The position numbers and the translations under genes are program-made. A model generated the notes under the pieces. It did not search any database. It worked only from the letters and a program-made list of their open reading frames with translations, and was not told where the DNA came from. From sequence record DRR378314_2674: a stretch of 58,112 bases of DNA. One strand, given 5' to 3'. How positions within the stretch are numbered: position 1 is the stretch's first letter; each line of letters starts with the position of its first letter. Shown piece after piece: positions 47,565 to 57,046 of this stretch.

Positions 47565-48446
47565 TTAATTTTTTGAACCCCAAAAATCAAAATAGTTGAA
47601 CCATTGCAATGGATATTGTTCTATTATCCATTCCATGCTTTTAATATAATTAGCTAGTAATCCTTCGGCATCCCTTTTCTTAAAATCTGCTTTTCTGGCG
47701 TAAAGATGATAATGTTTATTTGTTTCCTTCATTACATATACAAACAGAACCGGTACGTTTAATCTGGATCCCATCAAAAAAGGACCGGAAGGAAATTGTG
47801 CATTTTCACCTAAAATTGGTGCGGTGATCAACTTGGCCGTTGTTGCATATCTATCTCCGGTCATGCAAATTATCTCATTTTTTGCCAATGCCGCATTCAT
47901 TTCAAAGATATGGGAAAGATCTTCCTGTAGGATAATAAATTTGGTTGAGGATTTCCTAATATACCTATCAAGGTATTCCTTTATGGCCTTATGCTCCGCA
48001 TCCGTGGTAAGTAGATTAATAGTGGCATTCCCTTCCAATTCGTCCAAGAAGAACTCAGCTATTTCAAAGTTGCCCAAATGGGCACTGATCAAAATCCCTC
48101 CTTTATTATTGGCCAAGGTTTCGTTTAGATGTTCTATTCCGTCAAAATGATAGGTGAACCTATTTCTGAGACCGGAAGAAATTGCTACTTTGTCCAAAAT
48201 GGTCTGTCCAAATACGTAGTAGCTTTTATAGATGGATATAATACTTTTTAGGGTGCTGTACTTAAGACGTTTACGGAAATAATAATAGCTGGACTTAGTG
48301 CTTGCGGGGGCAAAAAAGCAAAAATAAAAGGCGACAAAAAATAGAATAAAATAGGCCGATCCCAATCCAAGCCTTCTAATGAAAAAAACAAAAATCTTAT
48401 ATCCTAAAACTGAACCTCTGGACTTTCCTTTCCATTGATTTGACAT
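47565..48446 (-). CDS. LpxL/LpxP-family (lipid A-type) acyltransferase
   Basis: Motifs ILISAHLGNFE, GDR and YPLQWFNYFDFW. Confidence 0.88.
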   Translation of the reverse strand: MSNQWKGKSRGSVLGYKIFVFFIRRLGLGSAYFILFFVAFYFCFFAPASTKSSYYYFRKRLKYSTLKSIISIYKSYYVFGQTILDKVAISSGLRNRFTYHFDGIEHLNETLANNKGGILISAHLGNFEIAEFFLDELEGNATINLLTTDAEHKAIKEYLDRYIRKSSTKFIILQEDLSHIFEMNAALAKNEIICMTGDRYATTAKLITAPILGENAQFPSGPFLMGSRLNVPVLFVYVMKETNKHYHLYARKADFKKRDAEGLLANYIKSMEWIIEQYPLQWFNYFDFWGSKN

Positions 48447-48463
48447 TTTTTGCGACTAAAATT

Positions 48464-48706
48464 TTAGTTTAATTTCTTCTCTATAAGATCATAAAAGTCT
48501 TGTAATGTAATTACATTAATGAAATCTTCCCCCACCAATTTAACACTAAAGTTAGATTCGATGGCCACTACTAAATCAACAAAATCCAAACTGTCCAATT
48601 CAAGCGTTTTCTTTAAATTGGCCATCGGAGAAATATCATCGGCATCAACTTCAAATTCATCTATAAGAAAGTTGTTTATTTTATCAATAATTACTTCTTT
48701 ATTCAT
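48464..48706 (-). CDS. Acyl carrier protein (possible DarC-like)
   Basis: 80 aa, acidic, with LDSLDFVDL. Confidence 0.95.
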   Translation of the reverse strand: MNKEVIIDKINNFLIDEFEVDADDISPMANLKKTLELDSLDFVDLVVAIESNFSVKLVGEDFINVITLQDFYDLIEKKLN

Positions 48707-48708
48707 CT

Positions 48709-49932
48709 TTAATCTTTCACTTTTTTTATTAGCAATGCTGAATTTGTACCTCCAAATCCAAAAGAATTCGACAAAAATACATCAATTTTTTTATCCAGTG
48801 TTTTTCTTACCAGATTTAATTTGGCCGCATCTTCATCAGGATTTTCAAGATTTATATTAGGGGCAATAAACGAATGTTCCATCATCAGCATGGAATAAAC
48901 AATCTCACTAGCACCCGCCATCCAACATTCATGGCCGGTCATGGATTTTGTAGAACTAACAAAGGGACCATTTTCGCCAAAAACAGCAAATATGGCCTTG
49001 GCCTCATTGGAATCCCCCACAGGGGTAGAAGTAGCATGGGCATTAACATAGTCTATTTCCTTGGGCTGTATTTGCGCTTGGTCTATAGCTTTTTTCATGG
49101 CCAATGTAGGTCCATCTACGTTGGGAGTGGAGATATGGTCTCCATTGGATGAAAATCCGTAGCCTATAATTTCTCCTAAAATAACGGCATTCCTTTTTTT
49201 AGCGGATTCATAGCTTTCAACTATAAGGGATGCTGCTCCGCCGCTAGGTACCAGTCCGTCCCTACTTTTGTCAAATGGGCGTGAAGCAGTCCCGGGTGTT
49301 ACATCGTTGACCGAAAATACACCAAGGCCATCAAAACTGCCCATGGCCAATTCATTAATCTCTTGGGTTCCGCCACATATTATACAATCTTGAAGCCCAC
49401 TTTTTATTAATTGATAGGCAATGCCAATGGCATGCGACCCACTTGCACATGCAGCGCTTACGGTGAAGTTGATCCCCGTTAATTTGAAAATGGTGGAGAG
49501 ATTCATGGTTACCGACGAGTTCATGGCCTTAAAAATAGCGCCTGAACCAACCAAGGTAGTATCTTTCTTTTCCCTTAGTTTGTCTATGGATTCTATAACG
49601 GATTTTGCGGTACTATCATTTCCGTATAGTACGCCAACTTCATTGTTGTCTAAATATTCCTGGGATATGCCTGCATTTTTCAAGGCCTCCAAAGTGGCTA
49701 CATATGCGTAGGCACCTTCCTCCCCTAAACTTAGCCGTTGCCTTCTAGTGAGCAAGTCTTTAAGGTCGGGTTCTTCTACCATGCCCGTTAAACAGGAGCG
49801 ATATCCAAATTCTTTCCGTTTTTCGTCATAAACAATCCCTGAAGCTCCCTTGTAAAGTGATTCTTTGACTTCGTCCAAGTTTTTTCCTAAACAAGAGTAT
49901 ATTCCCATACCTGTAATTACGACCCTCTTCAT
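48709..49932 (-). CDS. Beta-ketoacyl-ACP synthase (FabB-like)
   Basis: Motifs AACASG, NAHATST, TGHE and SNSFGFGGTN. Confidence 0.93.
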   Translation of the reverse strand: MKRVVITGMGIYSCLGKNLDEVKESLYKGASGIVYDEKRKEFGYRSCLTGMVEEPDLKDLLTRRQRLSLGEEGAYAYVATLEALKNAGISQEYLDNNEVGVLYGNDSTAKSVIESIDKLREKKDTTLVGSGAIFKAMNSSVTMNLSTIFKLTGINFTVSAACASGSHAIGIAYQLIKSGLQDCIICGGTQEINELAMGSFDGLGVFSVNDVTPGTASRPFDKSRDGLVPSGGAASLIVESYESAKKRNAVILGEIIGYGFSSNGDHISTPNVDGPTLAMKKAIDQAQIQPKEIDYVNAHATSTPVGDSNEAKAIFAVFGENGPFVSSTKSMTGHECWMAGASEIVYSMLMMEHSFIAPNINLENPDEDAAKLNLVRKTLDKKIDVFLSNSFGFGGTNSALLIKKVKD

Positions 49933-49949
49933 CTTTCCTAGTGTTTTTT

Positions 49950-50693
49950 TTAAGAATATATTCCTCCGTTAATATTTATGACCTCGCCCGTAATATACGA
50001 TGACTTTTTGGATGCCAAAAAGGAAACCAAATGGGCAACCTCCCCTGCTTCCCCAAAGCGGTTCATAGGAATCATTTTTTTAAGCTCTTTTTCATCTAGA
50101 TCACCGGTCATATCTGTCTTTATAAAACCTGGGGCCACTGCATTAACAGTGATGTTCCTTTTTGCAATTTCCTGGGCCAATGCCTTTGTGCCGGCTATTA
50201 TACCTCCTTTAGCCGCGGAATAATTAACCTGTCCCGGAGTTCCTTTAAGACCGGATACGGAGACCAAATTTATGATCCTGCCATATTTATTCACCAATAA
50301 TTTTTGGATCAGATGATTGGTTACATTGAAAAAACCGTTTAAACTGGTGTTTATGACATTGTTCCAATCCTCAGGTTTCATCCACATGAAAAGGCCGTCT
50401 TTGGTAATCCCCGCATTGTTTACAATAACCTCTATAATAGCGTCCTTGTTGGACTCATGCCATTGGTCCAATTTACTTTGTACATCCTCGGTGTCGCCGA
50501 CATTAAATTGAATAAGCTCCGCGCTCCCGCCATTTTTCTCTATTTCGTTTAAGGTTTCTTGTGCAGCGGATGCGTTTTCTTTATAATTTATTAGAATCTT
50601 ATACTCGGTATCCAGTGCGAGCTGTAGACATATAGCTTTTCCGATTCCTCTTGACCCTCCGGTTACCAGTGCAAATTTCTTTTTTTCGCTCAT
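49950..50693 (-). CDS. fabG: 3-oxoacyl-ACP reductase (cluster-dedicated)
   Basis: SDR motifs TGGSRGIG, NNAG, YSAAK and NAVAPG. Confidence 0.93.
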   Translation of the reverse strand: MSEKKKFALVTGGSRGIGKAICLQLALDTEYKILINYKENASAAQETLNEIEKNGGSAELIQFNVGDTEDVQSKLDQWHESNKDAIIEVIVNNAGITKDGLFMWMKPEDWNNVINTSLNGFFNVTNHLIQKLLVNKYGRIINLVSVSGLKGTPGQVNYSAAKGGIIAGTKALAQEIAKRNITVNAVAPGFIKTDMTGDLDEKELKKMIPMNRFGEAGEVAHLVSFLASKKSSYITGEVININGGIYS

Positions 50694-50711
50694 TTATTTA
50701 GTTAGTGTGAT

Positions 50712-51848
50712 TTAATTTTTTACGTCGTCGAAGATCTCCGCATTTTCGTACCATTTATTACCCAAAACTTCTCCTTTGGCATTTAGAAATCCCCATTCTT
50801 TGTTATATTTTACTCGGGCAAGCCCATTGATGAAACCTTTTTCCAAATTCTTTTGAAAGATAGAAAACGATAATCCTGCTGTGATGTCATATTCGGGTTG
50901 TATTGCCCACTTTCCAGTTTTATCTATAAATCCCCATTTCTTTTCTTTTACAGGGGCAAGACCGTTTGCCGAGAATACTTCGGCATCCTTAAACTTGAAA
51001 TCTATGACCTTTTCACCCTTCTCATTAATATATCCCCAATTTTTGTTCATGAATACCGGGGCCAATCCTTGACTAAAATCCCTTGCCTTTTCGTAGGAAG
51101 GGGCTATGACCCACTCTCCTTTATTATTTATAAAACCCATTAATTTATTGCTGCGGGCATAGGTTAAATCGGATTTATCCGTGAATTCCCAGATTTTATC
51201 GGCATTCTTTACCGGATAAAAGTTGCCATCGGATACTATACCAAAGGTATCCTGTTTTTTTACCCAAACACCTTTACCGCTATAATCCCCAACTTCTTGA
51301 TTCTCAATGGGTATGTAGATTTCTCCCGTTTTGTTGATCATTCCCCAAAGCTCACCTTTTCTTGCTTTGGCATAGCCGTCTATAAAGGGTTTTATTTCGT
51401 CAAAATCCGGTTCCACAATTAATTTTCCGTCGGTTCCCAAAAGACCAATTTTTTCACCTCTTTTAAAAAAGGCCACCCCATTGTCAAAATCATAATATTT
51501 ATCCGAAACAGGTGTTTCCAAGGTTTCACCGGAAACATTGATATAATGCCATTGGTCACCTTTGTTTACCAGTGCCAGCCCGGAATTAAATTCCTTTACA
51601 TGCTCGTATTCCGGTTGAATTGCCCATTCTCCCGCAGTATTGATGTATCCCCATTTGTCGCCCATTGAGGCTGCCGCACGCTCGTTCGTAAAATTGTCCG
51701 CTTTCTTGAACTGGGGCTTTATCGCATATTCCCCTGAGGTATTAATATACCCAAAAAGGCCATTTTCCCTAACCAAGGCATATTCCTGGGAATAAAAATT
51801 GCCAAAAACTAAAAAAAGTGCAACTGAAAATCCAATCTTTGTTTTCAT
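50712..51848 (-). CDS. Exported WG-repeat protein
   Basis: About 10 repeats of the type WG(Y/F)I(N/D)..G..(A/V)I.P.(Y/F). Signal peptide if started at ATG 51848 (MKTKIGFSVALFLVFGNFYS|Q); the ORF track starts at 51893. Confidence 0.85.
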   Translation of the reverse strand: MKTKIGFSVALFLVFGNFYSQEYALVRENGLFGYINTSGEYAIKPQFKKADNFTNERAAASMGDKWGYINTAGEWAIQPEYEHVKEFNSGLALVNKGDQWHYINVSGETLETPVSDKYYDFDNGVAFFKRGEKIGLLGTDGKLIVEPDFDEIKPFIDGYAKARKGELWGMINKTGEIYIPIENQEVGDYSGKGVWVKKQDTFGIVSDGNFYPVKNADKIWEFTDKSDLTYARSNKLMGFINNKGEWVIAPSYEKARDFSQGLAPVFMNKNWGYINEKGEKVIDFKFKDAEVFSANGLAPVKEKKWGFIDKTGKWAIQPEYDITAGLSFSIFQKNLEKGFINGLARVKYNKEWGFLNAKGEVLGNKWYENAEIFDDVKN

Positions 51849-51981
51849 CTGAGATTTTTTTAAATTAAAATGTTCATATTCAGTAATTTCCAAGGGGGAA
51901 CTCGGTGTATGTTTAAGATTAAACTAAGCCACTATTAAATTATGGATTATTTTATTTAAATAACTTTTCTAAAGCAATTTT

Positions 51982-53538
51982 TTAATTAAGCTCCTTACAT
52001 GCGTAAGTTTCTTCTTCAAAATTTAGAATATAGTTCTTAACCTTGTTTACAAAGGGATACATGGGAACATCTTTGTCGGAGATTGGGGGGACCAAATTTC
52101 TAATATCATCATACATTTTTCTTGTTTTGGATGATATTTTATCCTGTACTTTCAAGTATTCAATTGCCTGAACAATAGTTATCGTTTCTATGGCAAGTAC
52201 TTCGAAAGTATTTTCGATTACTTTTTTGGTGATATTGGCTGCGTTGGTTCCCATACTAACAATATCCTGATTGTCGTTGTTGTTAGGGATACTGTGTACG
52301 TACATGGGATTGGACAACATTTGGTTTTCCGCAGTGGTAGAGGTAGCAGTAAACTGTACGCCTTGCATTCCAAAATTTAATCCAAGTTTGCCAAGATTGA
52401 CAAATGGGGGAAGTATATTATTTAGATTTGGGTTTAATAGGTAATTTAATTGTCTTTCGGCAAGCATGCTCATTTTGGTCACAACTAATTTTAGCTTGTC
52501 CATTTCAAGGGAAACATAATCGCCATGGAAATTCCCGCCGTGGTAAACATGCTCTTTTTCAACATCCACAATAGGGTTGTCGTTGGCTGAATTAACTTCT
52601 TCAATAAGAATTTTTTCCACATTGTTCAACGTGTCAAGAACAGGGCCTAAAATTTGGGGTACACATCTCAAGGAATAGTATTCCTGAACCTTTTCCTCGA
52701 AAACAGAGACTTCATTATTGCCATTGTACAAATGGTGTTCCCTTTTCCTGGTAAGGGTACTATCTTCTAAATGATTTCTCATTAATTTGGCAATCTGTTG
52801 TTGGCCCTTGTGTTTTTTGGACTGATTTAACTCTAGGGACAAATGGTCATCATAGGCCTGTACTATTTCATTGATAGCCGAAGAGCAGCATATCATCCAA
52901 TCCAATAACTTTCTGGTATTGATGGTGTTGATCAGGCCTATTCCAGTCATCACCGAGGTACCGTTAATTAGTGCCAAGCCCTCTCTTAGTGCAATGTTGA
53001 TAGGTGTTAGGTTCTCAATTTTAAAAACTTCTTCTGTAGGCCTTCTCTCATCCTTGTAAAAAACTTCACCTTCCCCAATAAGTACTAGGGCAATATGAGC
53101 CAATTGTACCAAATCCCCACTGGCACCAACACCACCATGCTCAAAGATTACAGGGGTAATGTTTTTATTGATGAGAGAAGTCATTAATTCGATTACCGAA
53201 ATATGTACACCTGAATGTCCTAGGCTTAAAGTGTTCAATCTGGCCAACATGGCGGCCTTAACATATTGTGTAGGGATTAGATTGCCGGTGCCGGAAGCGT
53301 GGCTCCTTATAAGGTTATATTGTAATTGAATTCGGTCTGAGTCGTTTATTTTATATTGGGCCATTGGGCCAAAACCTGTATTTACCCCGTAAATAATTTT
53401 GTTTTGGGAAAATTGGCTTAAAAAATTAAAACTATTTTCGACGGTTGCTAAAACATCTTTATTTATTAGAATAGATTCTTCTTTAAAAACTATACGATAG
53501 AAATCCTCTATTCCTAACTTTCCTTTAATAGTCAACAT
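51982..53538 (-). CDS. flxA: Aromatic amino acid ammonia-lyase (MIO-dependent), probable tyrosine ammonia-lyase
   Basis: Motifs YGVNTGFG, MIO-forming GASGDL, NGTS, QEYYSLRC and GGNFHG. Closely resembles my recollection of the F. johnsoniae TAL sequence. Start placed at MLTIKG (53538); the ORF track starts at 53607. Confidence 0.88.
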   Translation of the reverse strand: MLTIKGKLGIEDFYRIVFKEESILINKDVLATVENSFNFLSQFSQNKIIYGVNTGFGPMAQYKINDSDRIQLQYNLIRSHASGTGNLIPTQYVKAAMLARLNTLSLGHSGVHISVIELMTSLINKNITPVIFEHGGVGASGDLVQLAHIALVLIGEGEVFYKDERRPTEEVFKIENLTPINIALREGLALINGTSVMTGIGLINTINTRKLLDWMICCSSAINEIVQAYDDHLSLELNQSKKHKGQQQIAKLMRNHLEDSTLTRKREHHLYNGNNEVSVFEEKVQEYYSLRCVPQILGPVLDTLNNVEKILIEEVNSANDNPIVDVEKEHVYHGGNFHGDYVSLEMDKLKLVVTKMSMLAERQLNYLLNPNLNNILPPFVNLGKLGLNFGMQGVQFTATSTTAENQMLSNPMYVHSIPNNNDNQDIVSMGTNAANITKKVIENTFEVLAIETITIVQAIEYLKVQDKISSKTRKMYDDIRNLVPPISDKDVPMYPFVNKVKNYILNFEEETYACKELN

Positions 53539-53604
53539 GTATATAAATTCAATATTTAAAAAGTAAATTGAATAACAATTAATAAAAATAGTTATTTTGG
53601 ATTG

Positions 53605-53612
53605 CAAATGTA
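53605..53612 (-). promoter_or_regulatory. -7 element (TACATTTG) for the main flexirubin operon
   Basis: Exact TAnnTTTG match in the divergent region, 66 nt upstream of ATG 53538. Confidence 0.55.
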
Positions 53613-53643
53613 TGATATTTAACCAATCAATATTTTAAAAATA

Positions 53644-54888
53644 ATGAATCAACGTTTAGTCGAAGTCTTGGTAATTGGCGCAGGGCCGTCTGGTTGCGTC
53701 TCGGCAGCCTATTTGCAAAGTCAAGGAATTAAAGTTCAAGTGGTTGAAAAAAGTATTTTTCCCAGGTTTGTTATAGGGGAAAGTCTTTTGCCCAGATGTA
53801 TGGACCATTTTGAGGAAGTAGGTCTGTTAAACGGTTTGGATGCCTTTGGTTTTGAAAAGAAATTTGGTGCCCGATTTATAAAAGGGGATAAAATCTGTGA
53901 ATTTGATTTTAGTAAGAAGCACACCAAAGGTTGGGATTGGACCTGGCAGGTTCCAAGAGCGGATTTTGACAAGGTATTGGTAGACGAATTGGTAAAGATG
54001 GGAGTGGAGGTCTCCTTTGGACATGAGGTTGTGGATGTTGTTATAGATGAAAACGGGGGGTCTGTGACCACCATAAAGGATGAAAATGGGGTGCCTTACC
54101 AGGTTAATGCCAAATATATCATAGATTCCAGTGGTTATGGGAGAGTTTTGCCCAGATTGCTGGATTTGGACAAACCTTCTGCGCTGCCAAATCATTCTTC
54201 CATTTTTACGCATGTAGTGGACGTAAATCGACCTGAGGGCAGGGAAGGCACCCTGATTACTTTTGATGTTATAGAGACCGAAGTGTGGTTATGGGTAATT
54301 CCATTTTCCAATGGAACAACAAGTATTGGTTATGTAGGTCCTACAGAATTTTTAGAGTCTTTTGAAGGGAGTAAAAGCGAAAAATTGAGCCAGTTATTGC
54401 GGTTATCCGATTATTATTATGAACGCTTTAAGGAGGTTGATTTTTTATTTGAACCGGTGATGATAAAAAATTATTCCAAATCGGTAAAGCAACTATTTGG
54501 AAAGGGATTTGTATTAACGGGCAACAGTGCCGAATTTTTGGATCCTGTTTTTTCTTCGGGGGTTACTTTTGCCACGGAATCGGCCTTGTTGGGGGCAAAA
54601 CTTATTACCAAAGTTCTTAATGGACAGGCAGTAGATTGGGAAAAGGAATACTCTGATTATATTAGGGAAGGAGTTAGTGTATTTTCTTCCTATGTTAAGG
54701 AGTGGTATAGTGGTAATTTGCAGACCCTGTTTTTCCATCAACCGGAAAACCCTGAGGTAAAGAGACAAATTTGTTCTGTATTGGCCGGCTATGTATGGGA
54801 TAAGACCAACCCATTTGTAACCAAGCACAATAGACTTATAAGGACCGTAGCACATATAATTGATCTTGAAACGCAAAAAAGTGAATGA
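53644..54888 (+). CDS. Flavin-dependent halogenase-like NAD(P)/FAD oxidoreductase
   Basis: Motifs GAGPSG, FPRFVIGESLLP, KFGA, WLWVIP (WxWxIP) and FLDPVFSSGV. Confidence 0.85.
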   Translation: MNQRLVEVLVIGAGPSGCVSAAYLQSQGIKVQVVEKSIFPRFVIGESLLPRCMDHFEEVGLLNGLDAFGFEKKFGARFIKGDKICEFDFSKKHTKGWDWTWQVPRADFDKVLVDELVKMGVEVSFGHEVVDVVIDENGGSVTTIKDENGVPYQVNAKYIIDSSGYGRVLPRLLDLDKPSALPNHSSIFTHVVDVNRPEGREGTLITFDVIETEVWLWVIPFSNGTTSIGYVGPTEFLESFEGSKSEKLSQLLRLSDYYYERFKEVDFLFEPVMIKNYSKSVKQLFGKGFVLTGNSAEFLDPVFSSGVTFATESALLGAKLITKVLNGQAVDWEKEYSDYIREGVSVFSSYVKEWYSGNLQTLFFHQPENPEVKRQICSVLAGYVWDKTNPFVTKHNRLIRTVAHIIDLETQKSE

Positions 54889-54935
54889 TATATCATTCAC
54901 TTTTTGTATTGTAATCGATTAGAAGAATACTTGGT

Positions 54936-55544
54936 CTAGAAGCCTTTTTTTAAAATTAACTTGGCGAAGGATTTTCCGGTTTTGGCATAACCTTCCCCTA
55001 ATCTGTCTTCATTGCTAAAAGAGCTTCCCCACTGGTCTCCTGGAGCGTTTTCACTAGAAACTTCCAAAAGTATGTTGTCCTTGTTATTGGTCTCTACAAA
55101 TTTTAATAAGGTGCTTACCTTTGCTGGCTGCTTCATGACCCCCGCATCCCAGCCAGGATATACCCAAATCGTTTCCACGATAAGGGTGTACTTGGCATCC
55201 GTTAAATTCTCTGCAAAAAATACTTTATGGTCTTCATATAGGTATCTGTTCATTAACTCCAAAAATTTTGGGGCATAGATCAGTTCCCTACTTGCGTACC
55301 AGCTTTTTTCCCAAGAAGTGCCTTTTCCTCGGGTCTTTTCTTCCAATTCTGCGGAATGCTCCCTTACGTATTCATCATTTGAGAGATTCTTTTTCAAGAG
55401 TTTCATGTTGTCATAAACAAATTCTACGTTTATTTCCTTCTGACCCTTGATAAAATTAAAATCTCCCTGTTTTACTTTTAGCTTTTGTCCATAACCAAAT
55501 AAGCTTGATAGAAATACTAGAGCAATGATAAAATTGATTTTCAT
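54936..55544 (-). CDS. Hypothetical exported protein
   Basis: Signal peptide ..LFGYG|Q, and its own TACATTTG -7 motif at 55570-55577. Confidence 0.75.
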   Translation of the reverse strand: MKINFIIALVFLSSLFGYGQKLKVKQGDFNFIKGQKEINVEFVYDNMKLLKKNLSNDEYVREHSAELEEKTRGKGTSWEKSWYASRELIYAPKFLELMNRYLYEDHKVFFAENLTDAKYTLIVETIWVYPGWDAGVMKQPAKVSTLLKFVETNNKDNILLEVSSENAPGDQWGSSFSNEDRLGEGYAKTGKSFAKLILKKGF

Positions 55545-55569
55545 GATAATTAATTAGTGTTTAAGCCTT

Positions 55570-55577
55570 CAAATGTA
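55570..55577 (-). promoter_or_regulatory. -7 element (TACATTTG)
   Basis: Exact TAnnTTTG match 25 nt upstream of ATG 55544. Confidence 0.55.
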
Positions 55578-55751
55578 TGGGAATTATAATTTACGTGGGC
55601 TTTTCTGTAATTAATTTTTGGCTAATCTGGTTGTGTTGATTCGGGTGTACGTTTTGTAATTGCCCATAAGACAGTGCTTTGTGGAATTTTTTAAAAATGT
55701 TATCGTTTTGTTATTTCCTGTAATATATGGGTTAATCTTATTCCATATGTT

Positions 55752-55759
55752 TAATTTTG
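55752..55759 (+). promoter_or_regulatory. -7 element (TAATTTTG) 4 nt before the MFS start codon
   Basis: Sequence reads TAATTTTG-CCGG-ATG. Confidence 0.6.
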
Positions 55760-55763
55760 CCGG

Positions 55764-56972
55764 ATGCAAAAAAGTCAGCAGCGACCACAATTCGAATTTG
55801 TAGCCATTATGGCTTCCCTAATGTCTATTGTGGCACTGGCAATTGATGCACTCTTACCCGCAATGTCCACTATAGGGATAGATATCAACAGCTTGGACCC
55901 TACAGAAAATCAAAAGTTTATAACAATGATATTTTTGGGCTTGGGTGTGGGACAATTGGTTTTTGGACCTTTATCCGATAGTTTTGGAAGGAAACCTATT
56001 GTTTATATTGGCTTTATTGTATTTTGTGTAGCCAGTGTTATCTGTGTTTTGGCCCCCAATTTGGAGTGGATGATATTGGGACGAATACTACAAGGTATAG
56101 GACTTTCTGCCCCGAGAACAATAAGTATATCCATGATAAGGGATTCTTATAAGGGGGATTATATGGCCAAAATTATGTCTTTCGTTACTGCATTTTTTAT
56201 TCTGGTACCCATAGTGGCTCCTGCTATGGGAAAATTTTTCTTGGATCATTATGGTTGGGAAGCCATTTTTTATATGCAATTGGTGGCGACTATAATTGTG
56301 GGTGTCTGGTTTTGGATAAGGCAACCGGAAACTTTAAAACCGGAATACAAGATTGAATTTTCCAGTCATGTGTTCGTGGACGGATTTAAGGAATTGCTCC
56401 GTCACCGGGAAACCATGGCTTTTACTATTGTTTCTGGCCTCATTACCGGAGCCTTTATGGTCTATTTGAGTTCGGCCCAAGAGGTGTTTGAAGTGCAGTT
56501 TGGCTTGGCCGATAATTTTCCCTACGTTTTTGCAGGATTGGCAATATCTGTGGGCCTATCTACTCTGTTGAACGGTACCATGGTGGTGAAATTGGGGATG
56601 AGAAGATTGGCTATGATTGCCTTGACCCTATTTTGTACTGTTTCCATGGTTTATGTGGGCTTGTTCTGGAATTCCCAAAATCCTGCTTTGTGGATATTGA
56701 TCACCTTCTTGGCTATGCAGTTTTTTACCCTAGGCTTTTTGTTTGGTAACCTTAGGGCCATTGCCATGGAACCCATAGGCCATATAGCCGGGATAGGGGC
56801 CGCCATCACCGGATTTATATCTACTATGATCGCTATTCCTATAGCTACCTATGTTGGTAGTTATATACAGGATACCATTCTTCCTCTTTTTGTAGGTTTT
56901 TTGGTTTGTGGATCTATTTCCTTAGGAATTTTTATGATGATGAGGAGACGTAGTATTTTGGCTGCTGCTTAG
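55764..56972 (+). CDS. Bcr/CflA family multidrug efflux MFS transporter
   Basis: Motifs ALAID..LPA, GQL.FGPLSDSFGRKP, GR.LQG, IRD.Y.G..MA..MS and ETL. About 12 TM helices. Confidence 0.93.
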   Translation: MQKSQQRPQFEFVAIMASLMSIVALAIDALLPAMSTIGIDINSLDPTENQKFITMIFLGLGVGQLVFGPLSDSFGRKPIVYIGFIVFCVASVICVLAPNLEWMILGRILQGIGLSAPRTISISMIRDSYKGDYMAKIMSFVTAFFILVPIVAPAMGKFFLDHYGWEAIFYMQLVATIIVGVWFWIRQPETLKPEYKIEFSSHVFVDGFKELLRHRETMAFTIVSGLITGAFMVYLSSAQEVFEVQFGLADNFPYVFAGLAISVGLSTLLNGTMVVKLGMRRLAMIALTLFCTVSMVYVGLFWNSQNPALWILITFLAMQFFTLGFLFGNLRAIAMEPIGHIAGIGAAITGFISTMIAIPIATYVGSYIQDTILPLFVGFLVCGSISLGIFMMMRRRSILAAA

Positions 56973-57046
56973 TATTACGCAATTATGGTGCACCTTAGGG
57001 AATGAATTCCCAGTTAAGCAACTTCTTATCGTTTTAGGGTGATTTT

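Larger units (their letters stand above)
22135..54888. other. Flexirubin-type aryl polyene-dialkylresorcinol biosynthetic gene cluster
   Basis: Co-located ammonia-lyase, aryl-CoA ligase, 3 KS, 2 KS-like chain-length factors, 2 ACPs, FabG, 3 hot-dog dehydratase-like proteins, darA/darB, acyltransferases, MMPL/ABC/LolA and a halogenase-like gene. This matches the known flexirubin cluster organisation of Flavobacterium johnsoniae and Chitinophaga pinensis. Confidence 0.92.

Noticed and set aside
56998-57011. GGGAAT-GA-ATTCCC hairpin as a bidirectional terminator
   Set aside because: The stem is short, the loop is minimal and there is no clear U-tract, so it is too weak to call.
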